From the human T2T-CHM13v2.0 reference genome, Homo sapiens: a DNA stretch of 64,000 nt. The notes beneath the pieces are model-generated. The model searched no databases. It saw only the letters and a list, made by a program, of their open reading frames with translations, and was not told where the DNA came from. This document shows, piece by piece, positions 1 to 16,150 of the stretch. The position numbers and the translations under genes are program-made. The number at the start of each line of letters is the position of its first letter. Positions within the stretch are counted from its first letter, which is position 1. The stretch lies in the NCBI RefSeq assembly GCF_009914755.1, contig NC_060929.1. One strand, 5' to 3'.

Positions 1-1315
<1,315 letters not shown>

Positions 1316-4300
1316 AGTAAAACTAGCAGGTAATGAAAATCTGTGGCCTCTGATTTCCAAAGTAAAATCTGGTGTCGTTTTCCAGAAGGCATCAGGATTT
1401 CTACCAGGCTGAAAACTCTTGCTAGACCAAGACCCTTGTTTTGCTAAAGTCATGCTGGTATGTTTGCCTGCGTTTTCCTAATGTTGATATTTTACATTTC
1501 AACATTATGATACTTGGGTGCTGGAGGAAAGAAGGGAGAAGGTGAATAGGAAACAAAAGGATCGGTGTGGAATTGCATGAGCGTGAGCTTGTACAAAGAA
1601 AATACCCTATTTAACTGGCCTATAGCTGTGTCTAGGAAGCAGTTAAGTTAAAATATATTTGGCATATGTTAAGGAAAATGTGACAGAATTAAATCTATGA
1701 ATTAGAATATTATAGAAATGTGAGCATGATTCACTTACAAATTTACTTCTCCTAGAACAATATCCAAGAAATGTAATACTCAGTTGAAATGAATTTACTG
1801 AACTTATTAACAACTGTACTGAAAGTTCAGAAATCGACCATTGGGATTATGTCTAGTAAAATGCAATATACAGAATATATGAAAGTTTCAATACCTCTCA
1901 TTGATTATGAGTAATATTTTTATAAAGTAACTTGTTCCTAATTCTTTTAAACATTCTTCTCACTCTCATTTTTAATATAAAATGATGTATAAGCAAAATG
2001 ACTGAAAAGCCTTTTCTGCGAACAAAACTGGAATTGAATTTTATTATTGTTTGTTCTTATGTTCAGTTTTTGTTTTTTATGTATTTGTCTTATGAAACCC
2101 ATGGGGCTTATGAGTGGGAGAGAAATCAAACTCTTCCGGATTCTTAGAGTAAATAGGAAAAAATATCACCGGTATTCACAGAAGCCACATGATATTCAGA
2201 AAAGAATCTGTGTCTTTATTCAAAATTTTCATAAAATGTATGATTTTGAAAAATATTTTACAGTAAAGATGGCAAATGTGCAGATGTCTTTAGATTACAA
2301 TTGCACCTCAGAATGAAATATAAATTCACTCCCTTCCAATTCACTTGTCTCCAAACTATAAACAAATAACTTTCCCATTCTCTGCAGATTATTACAAATA
2401 CTAATATTTTCTACTCTCCTAAAATTCCACCTCGAATTCTGCAGAAGCCCTATTTCTACCACCTCTGGGAGTTTAACCATTACTGAATCTATCTCAGATT
2501 TTTTTTCACTAATTGTACACATCTAGTTTTACTTGCATTAATTATATCTTTCTTTCCTCCTGTCAACTAGGAACAGGTGCTACTGACTTAAGCCCACATT
2601 CTCCTCAAGTGCACTGGGGCTCATTTATCCCAAAACCTTCTCGAGTTTCGGGAGCCCTGATGTAGCAATTATCTTCTTCCTGATCTATATTCAACCTCAC
2701 CCTCTTCGTTTCCTCATCAGCATTTTAAAATGCTCAAGAATCTCCCATTTTTTAAAAAATGACTTTTTAAATATCCAAAAAACATTTTCTCCAGTCACCC
2801 ATGTCCCTTATTTTCCACCAAAAACTTGCCTACATTTGTTCTATTTCTTCATTACTACTCCCCAACTCACTCATTTATCTCTTTTCTCCCAATACACAGC
2901 TCAGACAGCTGCATGTAGGGTACCAGTTACTTCCTGCAGCTATGCCCAAGAAATGTTTTCATTTCTTCTCCACCCTAGATTTGATTCTTCTGTCCTCAAA
3001 GCACCATGCTCTAGTAAGTTATTGGAGCCAAAAACCAAGCAAGGGATGCCATTCGAATGGGATTATCATTGTCTTTCTTTTTCACCACACACTCCGTGGA
3101 GTTCTGCTGTGTTTCATAAGTGGAGTAAATGCAAAACAAATTTTTAAGGCTTTAAATTTTTTTTCAATTATCTCAGAAAATTTGTGGGTTTTTTTTGGTA
3201 ATTCTACTAAAGGTAAACAGACGGAAGGACTGCAATAAACAACATTGTGTGGTTTTACTCTCTTTTGCCTTGACGAACTTGGTGATGGAGAAATAAAACT
3301 TTGCATTTTATTTGTATTTATTTATATTTATTTATTTTATTTTATTTTTAGTTCTGGGGTACATGTGCAGGATGTGCAGGTTTGTTACATAGGTTAATGT
3401 GTGCCATGGTGGTTTGCTGCACCCATCAACCCATGATCTAGGTATTAAGCCCAGCATACATGAGCTATTTTTCCTAATGCTCTCCCTCCTCCTGACAGGC
3501 CCCACTGTGTGTTGTGCCCCTCCCTGTGTCCATATGTTCTTATTGTTCAGCTCCCACTTATAAGTGAGAACATGTGGCATTTGGTTTTCTGTTCCTGTGT
3601 TAGTTTACTGAGAATAATGGCTTCCAGCTTCATCCATGTCCCTGCAAAGGACATGATCTCATTCCTTTGTATGGCTGCATAGTATTCCATGGTGTATATG
3701 TACCACATTTTCTTTATCCAGTCTATCATTGAGGGGCTTTTGGGTTGATTCCATGTTCTTGCTGTTGTGAATAGTGCTGCAGTAAACATACGTGTGCATG
3801 CATCTTTGTAATAAAATGACTTATATCCCTTTCATTATATATCCAGTAACGGAATTGCTGGGTCAAATGGCATTTCTGGTTTTAGATATTTGAGGAATCG
3901 CCACACTATCTTCCACAATGGTTGAACTAATTTACATTCCCACTAACAGTGTAAAAATGTTCCTATTTCTTTGCAACTTTGCCAGCATCTGTTGTTTCTT
4001 GACTTTCTAATAATGGCCATTCTGACTGGTGTGATATGGTATCTGATTGTGGTTTTGATTTGCATTTTTCTAGTGATCAGTGATGTTGAGCTTTTTTCAT
4101 AGGTTTGTTGGCTGCATGAATGTCTTCTTTCAAGACGTGTCTGTTCATGTCCTGTGCCCACATTTTTTTAATGGGTTTTTTTTTTGTAAATTTGTTTGAG
4201 TTCCTTGTAAATTCTGGATATTAAACCTTTGTTAGATAAATAGGTTGCAAAATTTTTCTTCCACTCTGTAGGTTGCCTGTTCACTCTGATGATAGTTTCT

Positions 4301-4773
4301 TTTGCTGTGTGGAAGCACTTTAGTGTAATTAGATCCCACTTGTCAATTTTTGTTTTTGCTTTTGTCAATTTCTTAATGAAATCTTTACCCATGCCTACAT
4401 CCTGAATGGTATTGCCTAGATTTTCTTCTAGGGTTTTTATAGTTTTGAGTTTTACATTTAAGTCTTTAATCCATCTTGAGTTGATTTTTGTATAAGTCGT
4501 GAGGAACAGGTCCAGTTTCAATTTTCTGCAACTAGAGAGCCAGTTCTCTTAGCACCATTTATTAAACAGGGAATCGTTTCCCCATTGCTTGTTTTTGCCA
4601 TATTTGTCAAATATCAGATGGTTATAAATATGCTATCTTATTTCTGAGTTCTCCATCCTGTTCCATTTGTCTATATGTCTGTTTTTGTACCAGTACAATG
4701 CTGTTTTGACTATTGCAGTCTTATAGTATCGTTTGAAGTCTGGTAGCAAGATGCGTCCAGCTTTTTTTTTTTT

Positions 4774-5130
4774 AGAGTAGTTTTTTATTTACATAAAAGT
4801 TACAAAGGTTGTGCAAACAATTGCCATACACGCTGAACCCAGTTCCCCTATTGTTAATATCTTACATTGCTATAGTCTTATTTGTCACAACTAATAAACC
4901 AACACTGGTACATTACTATTGACTAAGCTCCATACTTAGTTCTGTCTCATGACCTTTTTCTTTCCAAGATCCTATATCCAGAAGACCGCATTACATTTAG
5001 TCATCATATCTCCTTAGTCTCTGGTTCGTGAGAGTTTCTAAGACTTACCCTGTTTATTCTTCAGCTTTGAGAAGTACTCCTCAAGTTATTTTGTAGATTG
5101 CCCCCAATTTGGTTTTGTCTGATGTTTTTC
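4774..5130 (-). mobile_element. Ancient L1MC3/L1MC4-like 3'UTR fragment carried as a 3' transduction
   Basis: Resembles the L1MC 3' end (cccagttcccctattgttaatatcttacatt...gagaagtact...ttttgtagattgcccccaatttggttttgtctgatgtttt). Minus-strand AATAAA at 4784-4789 is followed by poly(A) (T12, 4762-4773). Confidence 0.75.
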
Positions 5131-6337
<1,207 letters not shown>

Positions 6338-9181
6338 TGCCTCCAACTTTGTTCTTTTTGCTTAGGATTGTCTTGGCTATATGGGCTCTTTTTTTGGTTC
6401 CATATGAATTTTAAAATAGTTTTTTTTCTAATTCTGTGAAGAATGTCAATGGTGGTTTAATGGGAATAGCATTGAATCTATAAATTACTTTTTGCAGTAT
6501 GGACATTTTCATGATATTGATTCTTCCTAACCAAGAGCATAGAATAGTTTTCCATTTCTTTGTGTCCTCTCTGGTTTCCTTGAGCAGTGATTGGTAGTTC
6601 TCTTTGAAGGGGTCCTTCACTTTCCTTGTTAGCTGTATTCCTCTTTGTAGCAATTGTGAATGGGAGTTCATTCATGATTTGGCTCTCTGCTTGCCTGTTG
6701 TGGATGTATACAAATGTTTGTGACTTCCGCACATAAATTTTGTATTCTGAGACTTTTCTGAAGTTGCTTATCAGATTAAGAAGCTTTTGGGCTGAGACCA
6801 TGGGGTTTTCTATATATAGGATCATATTATCTGCAATCAAAGATATTTTGACTTCTTTGAGAAATAGGACTTTGCATTTTAAAATTCCAGAATGCTTGAT
6901 TCTTTTTCAAGGTAGCTATTGGCCCTTTTTTATTTGGGCATTTGCATTTTTATCCTTGCCTCATTTCCTTATTATGTCAACTTCTTGTGGGTGTGTAACA
7001 GTCTAAAAATTGATATAAACCCTTCGGAAAAGTTTTGTTTACAAATGGAACATACCCTAAAAGTTACACACTATTATAAATCTATATGCATATATAGAAA
7101 ATATAATCAAATAAAAATAACTCAGGGTATGGCAGAAAATTGTAAATGTGCTACATGTAAAATATTAGCATTATTGTAGATCCAACTTTTGGGCTTCACA
7201 AACAGTATTGGGGCCAATGAATCATGGCTTTATTCAGGCTGAAGGAAAGCCTTGAATTTTTTACTAGTTCATCCTATCACAGACATGACATTGTTTCTCA
7301 ATGAAGTTCAGAATTACTGATTTTATTAATAGCTAGTCAAAGCAACGCAATTGTCTTACATAATAGTGAAGTCTGTGATGCTTTCAATATCTCCTACTTG
7401 GGTGGATCTGTCAGTTTGCTGGGTGCTTTTCTGTTCCTGATGGGCTCTGTTGAGGACAATATTGATCTGAGGAGGGCTGCAGAGTGTGCAGTATGAATCT
7501 CTCATCAATCCCCAATGTCCATGAGAATACAACAATCTTTTTATCTACAATTATGAAATCTAAATGTTGAACAAGAGAAATATGCAGAAATCTGGACTGA
7601 GGAAGACTGTTTTTGTGTTGTCTTCAGATGGACTGGGCCCCAGTTCCTTGGTGTCTCTTCCCAGCTCTCTCCACTCCTTGCCTGGAAGAAGCAGTTCATT
7701 CCACCCCCCACCCCACCAGCTTCTCTGATTCCAATCATTCCCTCTCAGCCCAGTTTACACAAAGACATCTGAGAAGTTTTCCAATCCTTGACTTTGGCTC
7801 CATCACTCCTTTTACATCTCTAAAGAACAAGAAGAGTAGGTTCAGGATACCTATTTTAATGCCTGGCAGTTATTACATGAAGAGTGTTAGCTCCTTTTCC
7901 AAAGTTTTAAGATAACAATAACTCAGTGAGCTCGTCTTTACAGATGGTATTAAGCAAGCATCTCAGCACAAGGCTGAGGCCTCCAGCCTCAGACATACTC
8001 TCAAATTTCGTATCTGAAGATATGTGCTCCACACTCCCTCATGGCTCCCCTAAATGACCCGCCGTCTCCACACACACCACACTGCACTGTGTATTTTCTC
8101 AGGGTTCTGGCTCTTTAAGGGATCCTAACTGCTGGCTTAGGCTGGGAAATCTCTGTCTGTCATTCACCTTGCATCTCACAGCTGTTGCTTCTGTAGCCCT
8201 AATGTCCCCAGGACTCATCCTCAAGGCATAGGCATGGCAAAGACAGTGGGAAATGCTGGATCCTGGCCTCACCAGACCTGGGTCATAATTTCAACCATGT
8301 CTCTGGGGCCATTCACTACTCTGTAAAGCCTGAGAACTAATGCTTGACTACATAAAATGAATCCACCTGCTTTATTATTTAGTTGCCACAAGTGTGCCCT
8401 CTGCTATCTCCTTCCCTTTGACTAGTTGGGACCTGGCTAGCTGATGCTGGCCTGGATCTGTTACCTCCTACTGGATTCCCTCAAGTCCCACCTGCGTCCA
8501 TGTGGCTCCACCTTCTTGTAGCAGTCTGTGATGACTCAGTCCCTATCAGCCACACCAGGCCCTGGCCTGGCTGAGCCCTGGAGGGGCTCACCTTTCTCCA
8601 AGTGAAAAGCACATACAAACTTCATATGGATCTCCCCCTAAAGTGAAAACCCCACCTACAGAGTTTCTGAGCCTTCTGGTGATGAAAAGCTTTCTGGAGA
8701 GCCACCTGCCTTCACTGAGAACCTGCCCATGTCAGGAGGAAAGCAGCCAAACTAAGAAGTATAAATCACTGGAGCATAATCACTCTAAGAATCTTTTCTC
8801 TGCTAGACAATAAAAATAAAAACCATACTTTGAGCAACTGGGAAACTTAAGCTTATATTTGGAATTATGATCTGCTCACAGTGTTTCTTTGTTTTTTGTT
8901 TTGTTTTGTTTGTTTTTGTTTTTTTCTGGTGAGGTAAATGTGCCTTTGTAGTATAATCCTGGAAAACAATCCTTAATACCATAATCAGGAATGTTGAAAT
9001 TTTGAAAATTCAAAAATCTCTAAAATCAACATTCTCCAAAGTCTAAATTCCTAAAATCTAAAATCCCTAACACTTAAAATCCTGAAAATCACAATAACAA
9101 GGCAGTAGCATTACGTTAGACAGGACTATCATCTAGTTATTGCCTTCATGCAGAAGAAATGGATTTCAATTGGATTCCTAA

Positions 9182-9286
9182 ACCATAATGAAATATTTGG
9201 AATTAGGTGTGATCAAGCCTTCTAAAACTGAATTTCAAGTTGTTGCCAATAACACTTGTTTTTTCCATTCAGCCCAAAACATTTGG
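9182..9286 (+). pseudogene. Ricksha MULE transposase remnant, CxxH region
   Basis: Translates as TIMKYLELGVIKPSKTEFQVVANNTCFFHSAQNIW followed by a stop. CFFH at 9257-9268 is the CxxH motif typical of Mutator-like DDE transposases. Confidence 0.75.
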
Positions 9287-12139
9287 TAAAAAATTTATAT
9301 GAGTAGATTGGCCAACCAAGAAAACTTCAGTTTAAAAGTGTGGCATTTCATTCCAAACAGATCTTTGGAAAGAAGACATTCAGAGTGTATACAAGGAGGA
9401 CATAGACCCTGGACTAAAAGGGTAGGGAACTGAAAGCCCGGAGTGGGTTGCTAAGCACTAGAACTCGTTCCTGGCCCTGAGCCCTTCCTAGGCAAGGGGT
9501 GAGTGAAATACGTGTGAAGTGGCCCACTCTCGCCACGGACCTCTGGGATCCTAGCGCAGAAGACCCAACAACCCCCATGGACATTTAAGTTGGCAAGGAG
9601 AATAGTTCAGAGATGGCAAAGACAGAGGTCCAGTATGCATGGAATGCAGAGGATTTGACATGGGAATGGCTGCAGTGGAGCATGACCATGGGTGCCCGTT
9701 GCCTAAGGCTTACCATACTCCTCCAGGTAGCTTTAGCCTTTGTATGCTGCTTGTCTTGGAGACAGCAGGGCTGTGTTGCCACAGGATGAGGTTAGTCTGA
9801 TCTGAATGCCCCTCTGTATGCTGGCCTTATCTAGAGTCCCTGCCTACCTGTACCTGCCTGCAGTGCAGCCTCAGCTGCCCTATCAAATACTTACCCACAA
9901 CCACCACCATAGCTCATTTGCCAGAAAACCCCACCTTCCTATTATAGTGTTTTTGCAGACAGTCCCCTCTGACATACTTGCCCACAGCCTTCCCCTGCTG
10001 CACTGCAGGCACACACATGCATATGAAAATCCATCACTTTGCTGATATGCATGTGCTTGTGGACCTACCACTAGCCCACCAGCATGCACATGCTCACAGC
10101 CGCTGTGCCACTGTGCACTTTCAGGCAGCACTCACCTTCCCCCAACACTTCCCTGTTAGAGCATACTCATCCATGTCTTAGGCACCAATCCCCTGCCTGT
10201 GCACTTTTGCCAGAAGCCCCTGTCAGAGTGTTGTCATGGGAACATCTCAGCCCCTCCAGCACAGCAGATGCTTGACCTCAAGGGGCCAGAAACAAAAGTT
10301 TCTAACCCTTGCCCCAGGGTCAGAGCATGTAGTCCAAGAATGTTGAGCTGAACTTTGGCCCCATGAACACATCCAGAAATGAAGCCAACAGACCAAACTT
10401 AACTTGTACAACAATCAAACTCTCAAGGTCATTAAAGAATATAAAAACAAAAAATAGCAACTTCAAAGATTAAAGAAACACACAGATGAGAAAGAATCAG
10501 TGAAGAAACTCTGGCAACTCTGAAAATCCGGAGTGTCTTCCTACCTCCAAATGACCACACTAACTACCCAGCAATGGTTCTTAACCAGACTGAAATGACA
10601 GACATAAAATTCAGAATCTAGATGGCAAGAAAGTTAGACAAGATACAGGAAAAGATTGAAACCCAATCCAAGGAAAATGGTAAAACAATCTGAAAGTTGA
10701 AAGACATAGCCATTTTAAGAAAGAAAGAAAGAAACTAAAATGTGAAAATAAAAAATTTACTAAATGAATTTTATAATGTAACTGGAAGCATTAATAACAT
10801 AATAGAACAAGCTGAGAAAAGAATCTCAGAGCTCAAAGACCATTCCTTTGAATGAATACAGGCAGAAAAAAATTAAAGAAATGTTTTAAATGAACAAAAC
10901 CTCCAAGAATATGGAATTATATAAAGATGTCAAGCCTATGATTCATTGGCATTCCTGAAAGAGATGGACAGACAGCAAGCAACTTGAAGACATATTTCAG
11001 GATATTGTCCATGAAAATTTCCCCAACCTCACTAGAGAGGTCCACATGAAAATTCATAAAATTTAGAGAACTGCTGCTGCAAGATACTATACAGTACAAC
11101 CATCCCCATAGTACACAGTCATCAGATTCTCCAAGGTAAATATGGAAGAAAATTATTTAAAGGCAGCTACAGAGAAGGAGCAGATCACTTACAGATTGAA
11201 GCTCATTAGGCTAAGAGTGGATGTTTCAGCACAAACTTTAAAAGCCAGAAGAAACTGGCAGCCTGTATTCCACATCCTTAATGAAAGAAAATTCCAACCA
11301 AGTATTTTATATCCAGCCAAAGCAAGCTTCATAAGCAAAAGAGAAATAAAATCCTTTTCAGAGAAGCAGATGCTAAGGGAATACATTACCACCACAACTG
11401 CATTACATTTATGAGAGGTCCTTAAGGGCATGCAAAACCTGAAAATGAAAGACCAATACTTGCCACCACAAAAATACATTTAAGTACATAGCCCACTGAC
11501 ACTATCAAACAATTATATAATCGAATTTACATGACAACAAGCTAACAACACAATGACACTATGAAATCCTCACTTATCAACATTCACCTTGAATGTAAAC
11601 TTGCTAAATTGTGGGGAAAAGGAAGAGAGATCAGATTGTTACTGTGTCTGTGTAGAAAGAAGTAGACATAGGAGACTCCATTTTGTTATGTACTAAGAAA
11701 AATTCTTCTGCCTTGAGATTCTGTTAATCTATAACCTTACCCCCAACCCTGTGCTCTCTGAAACATGTGCTCTGTCAACTCAGAGTTAAATGGATTAAGG
11801 GCGGTGCAAGATGTGCTTTGTTAAACAGATGCTTGAAGGCAGCATGCTCCTTAAGAGTCATCACCACTCCCTAATCTCAAGTACCCAGGGACACAAAAAC
11901 TGCGGAAGGCCGCAGGGACCTCTGCCTAGGAAAGCCAGGTATTGTCCAAGGTTTCTCCCCATGTGATAGTCTGAAATATGGCCTCGTGGGAAGGGAAAGA
12001 CCTGACCGTCCCCCAGCCCGACACCCGTAAAGGGTCTGTGCTGAGGAGGATTAGTAAAAGAGGAAGGAATGCCTCTTGCAGTTGAGACAAGAGGAAGGCA
12101 TCTGTCTCCTGCCTGTCCCTGGGCAATGGAATGTCTCAG

Positions 12140-12146
12140 TATAAAA
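12140..12146 (+). promoter_or_regulatory. TATA-like box of LTR5_Hs U3
   Basis: tataaaa at the standard HML-2 LTR position (gtataaaacccgattg). Confidence 0.6.
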
Positions 12147-12401
12147 CCCGATTGTATGCTCCATCTACTGAGGTAGGGAAAAACCGCCTTAGGGCTGGAG
12201 GTGGGACCTGCGGGCAGCAATACTGCTTTGTAAAGCATTGAGATGTTTATGTGTATGCATATCTAAAAGCACAGCACTTAATCCTTTACATTGTCTATGA
12301 CGCAAAGACCTTTGTTCACGTGTTTGTCTGCTGACCCTCTCCCCACAATTGTCTTGTGACCCTGACACATCCCCCTCTTTGAGAAACACCCACAGATGAT
12401 C

Positions 12402-12407
12402 AATAAA
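12402..12407 (+). terminator. Polyadenylation signal of LTR5_Hs
   Basis: aataaa within gatcaataaatactaag, the standard HML-2 LTR poly(A) signal. Confidence 0.75.
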
Positions 12408-13740
12408 TACTAAGGGAACTCAGAGGCTGGCGGGATCCTCCATATGCTGAACCCTGGTTCCCCGGGTCCCCTTATTTCTTTCTCTATACTTTGTCTCTGT
12501 GTCTTTTTCTTTCCTAAGTCTCTCATTCCACCTTACGAGAAACACCCACAGGTGTGGAGGGGCAACCCACCCCTACACTAAATGACCCGTTTGAAAAGCC
12601 TAGAGTGGCAACATGGATAAAGAAGCAAGACCCAATGGTATACTGTCTTCCAGAAACCTATTTCACATGTAAGGACATCTATATGCTCAAGATAAAGGAA
12701 TGGAGAAAGATCTATCAAGCAAATGGAAAACAAGAAAGAGAAGAGTTTGTTATTTTTATTTCAGTCAAAACAGGCTTTACCAATGATCAAAAAGTACAAA
12801 GAAGGGCATTACATTATAATAAATGGTTCAATTTGGCAAGAAGACTTAGCTATCCTAAATATGTACACACCCAACACTGGAGCAACAAGATTCATAAAAC
12901 AACTTCTTAGAAACATATGAAGAGATATGCATAACCACACAATAATAGTGGGATACTTTAACACCCCAGTGACAGTATAACACATTATCGAGTCAGGAAA
13001 CAAACAAAGATATGTGGAACTAAACTCAACACCAAATAGGCCTAACATAGATTTACAGAATACTTCACCCAACACCAACAGAATATGCGTTCTTCTCCTT
13101 GGCACAAAGCACATATTCTAAGAATTACCATATGCTCAGGCATAAAGCAATTCTTATGAACTTCAGAAAAACCAAAATCATACCAAGCACACTGTTGGAC
13201 CACAATGCAATAAAAATAGAAAACAATATCAAGAAGATATCTCAAATCCATTCAATTGCATGGGAATTAAACAATCTGTTACTGAAGGACTTTTGGGTAA
13301 AGAATAAAATTAAGGCAGAAGTCAAAGCATTTACTGAAATTAACAAAAATAAAGATCCAACATGCCAGAATCTCAGACACAACTACAGCAATGTTAAGAG
13401 AAAAATTTATAGGGCTAAATGCCTACATCAAGAAATTAGAAAGATCTCAAGTTAAAAACATAACATGACACCTAAGGTACTAGATAAACAAGAGCAAACC
13501 AACGCCAAAGCTAGCAGAAGAAAATAAATACAATCAGAGCTGTACTGAATGAAATTAAGAAGCAGCATCCCATAAAAATGATCAATAAAACAAAAAGTTG
13601 GTTCTTTGAAAGCCTAAACAAGATTGATAGACCACTAGCTTGACTAATAAAGTAAAAAAGAAAGAACATCCAAATTAACACAATCAAAGATGGCAAAGTT
13701 GAGATTATCACCAACCCTACAGAAATACAAAAAACTGATG

Positions 13741-14076
<336 letters not shown>

Positions 14077-14497
14077 TCAAAAACTATTATGAACACTCCC
14101 ATTCACATAAATGATAAAAGCAAGAAGAAATGAATAAATTCCTGGAAACAGACAACCTCCCAAGACTGAACCAGGAATAAGCTGAAACTCTGAATAAACC
14201 AATCAGTAGTTCCAAAATAAAATTACTAATAAATGGCTTACCAACTATAAAAAGCTCTGGAGCAGATGAATTCACAGCCAAATTCTACCACATGTGAAAA
14301 GAAGAGCCGGTTCCAACCACCCTGAAATTATTCCAAAAAAATCAAGAAGGGACTCCTCCTTAGCTCCTTCATGTGCAAATATACAATGAAAAAATAAAAC
14401 TTCAAGCCAATATCTCTGATGAACATAGACACAAAATCCTCAAAAAATACTAGCAAACCAAATGCAACAGCACATCAAAAAGAAAATATACCATGAT

Positions 14498-14873
14498 TAT
14501 ATTAGTCCATTCTAACATTGCCATAGAGAACTACCTGAGACTGCGTAATCTGTAATAAAAAGAGGTTTAATTGGCTCATGGTTCTGCAGGCTGTACAGAA
14601 GCATCGCTGAGGAGGACTCAGGAAATTTATAATTACGGTGGAGGGTGAAGGGGAAGCAGGTACATCTTACCTGGTTGGAGCAGAGGGAAGAGAGAGAAAT
14701 GGGAGGCACTACACACTTTTAAACAACAAGATCTTATGAGAACTCACTCACTATCACAAGAACAGAAAGGGGAACGCCCACCCCATGATCCAATCTCCTA
14801 CTGGGCTCCTCCAACATTGAGGATTACAATATGACATGAGATTTGGGCAGGGACACAAATCTAAACCATATCA
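14498..14873 (-). mobile_element. MaLR solo LTR, MSTA-like, inside L1 ORF2
   Basis: Reverse complement begins tgatatggtttagatttgtgtccc and ends ggactaatata. 5-bp TSD atgat (14493-14497) / atgac (14874-14878). Confidence 0.9.
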
Positions 14874-15650
14874 ATGACCAAGGAGGCTTTAATCCTGGGA
14901 TACAAGGTTGGTTCAATAAGCATAAATCAATAAATGTGATTCCTCACATAAACAGAACTAAAGACAAAAACCACATAATCATCTCTGTGTCACGTGACAC
15001 AGAAAATGCTTTCAATGAAAATCAACATATCTTCAGTTAAAGACTCTCAAAAAAATAGGCACCAAAGGAATATACTTCAAAATAATAAGAGCCATCTGTG
15101 AGAAACACATACCCAACATCATACTATAAATGGGCAAAAGCTATAAGCATTCCCCTTGAGAATTGAAACAAAACAAGAATGCCCTCTCTTACCATTCCTA
15201 TTCAACATAGTACTAGAAGTCTCAGCCAAAGCAATACGGCAAGAGAAAGCAATAAAAGGCATCCAAATAGAAAGAGAGGAAATGAAACTATCTCTCTTTG
15301 CAGAGTACATAATTCTATGCCTAGAAAACCCCATTGTTTCTGCTCAAAGGCTCCTAGAACTAATGGACAACCTCAGGAAAGTTTCTGGATATAAAATCAA
15401 CTAAATATTGAGGACACATGAACAAAAAGATGAGAAGACTAGACATCAGGGCCTACTTGAAGGAGGTGGTTAGGAGGAGGTGAAGGTCATAAAAACTACC
15501 TATCAGGTACTATACTTACTACCTGGATGATGAAATCATTTGTACACCAAACCTGAGCAGCATGTTTACACAGGTAACAAATCTGCAAATCTGCACTTTT
15601 ACCCCTGAATCTAAAATAAAAGTTGAAAAAAATAAAATAAAAATATTTCA

Positions 15651-16150
15651 TTTGCCTGCACTTGCATTCCTTCCAGCTGATGGCATTCCAGGAGTTTTTA
15701 ATGAATTAAAGCCTCATTTTCAGAAGAAGCCAGTGAAGTTACTGACTGGTTTGAAAATAATTATGTGCATGATAGAATAAAAAGACACTTATGCAATGGT
15801 GTTGCTGTTTGATCACCAATATTGTTTCTGCCAAATTTGTTATCTATATATGAATACATGTGAAATACATTTCTGCATACACAAAACAACATTGAAGCAT
15901 GGAGCAGAAGATGGGAAAATTTAATAGGGAACATGTATGTTTATATATATCAAATTATAAATTTCATAAAGAGCAGCACCATGTAGAAAATGAATGTGAA
16001 AATATTCTCTGAGGAGAGCTGTGTCCTAAAGGAAAACAAATGCAGCTACTCATCATGATACAAGAATTCAAAATAAAATTTAATGATCATGAAGGTCAGC
16101 TATCTCTTATGAACTGTCTCCATGTAATCGCCTAGACTCTATTCCCTGTA
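15651..16150 (+). pseudogene. Ricksha MULE transposase C-terminal remnant (frameshifted, with stops)
   Basis: LPALAFLPADGIPGVFNELKPH, EVTDWFENNYVH and TQNNIEAWSRRWENLIG (15879-15929); the TxNxxExW motif carries the DDE catalytic Glu. Confidence 0.75.

Larger units (their letters stand above)
11610..12577 (+). mobile_element. HERV-K (HML-2) solo LTR, LTR5_Hs, full length 968 bp
   Basis: Begins tgtggggaaaag and ends cacccctaca. 968 bp is the canonical LTR5_Hs length. Perfect 6-bp TSD ctaaat (11604-11609 / 12578-12583). No PBS or internal sequence follows. Confidence 0.98.

Noticed and set aside
2300-2930. Possible decayed L2 fragments
   Set aside because: The similarity is too weak to set boundaries or a family with confidence.
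2801-3238. Longest ORF in the window (145 aa)
   Set aside because: No recognisable domain; its composition is typical of a chance frame in AT-rich DNA.
9000-9090. Short repeated CTAAAATC-like units that could suggest an array such as CRISPR
   Set aside because: They are Ricksha subterminal repeats, with no constant repeat and unique spacer structure, in a eukaryotic context.
11861-12238. Antisense 125-aa ORF in the LTR
   Set aside because: It lies wholly within the LTR5_Hs sequence and nothing supports translation.
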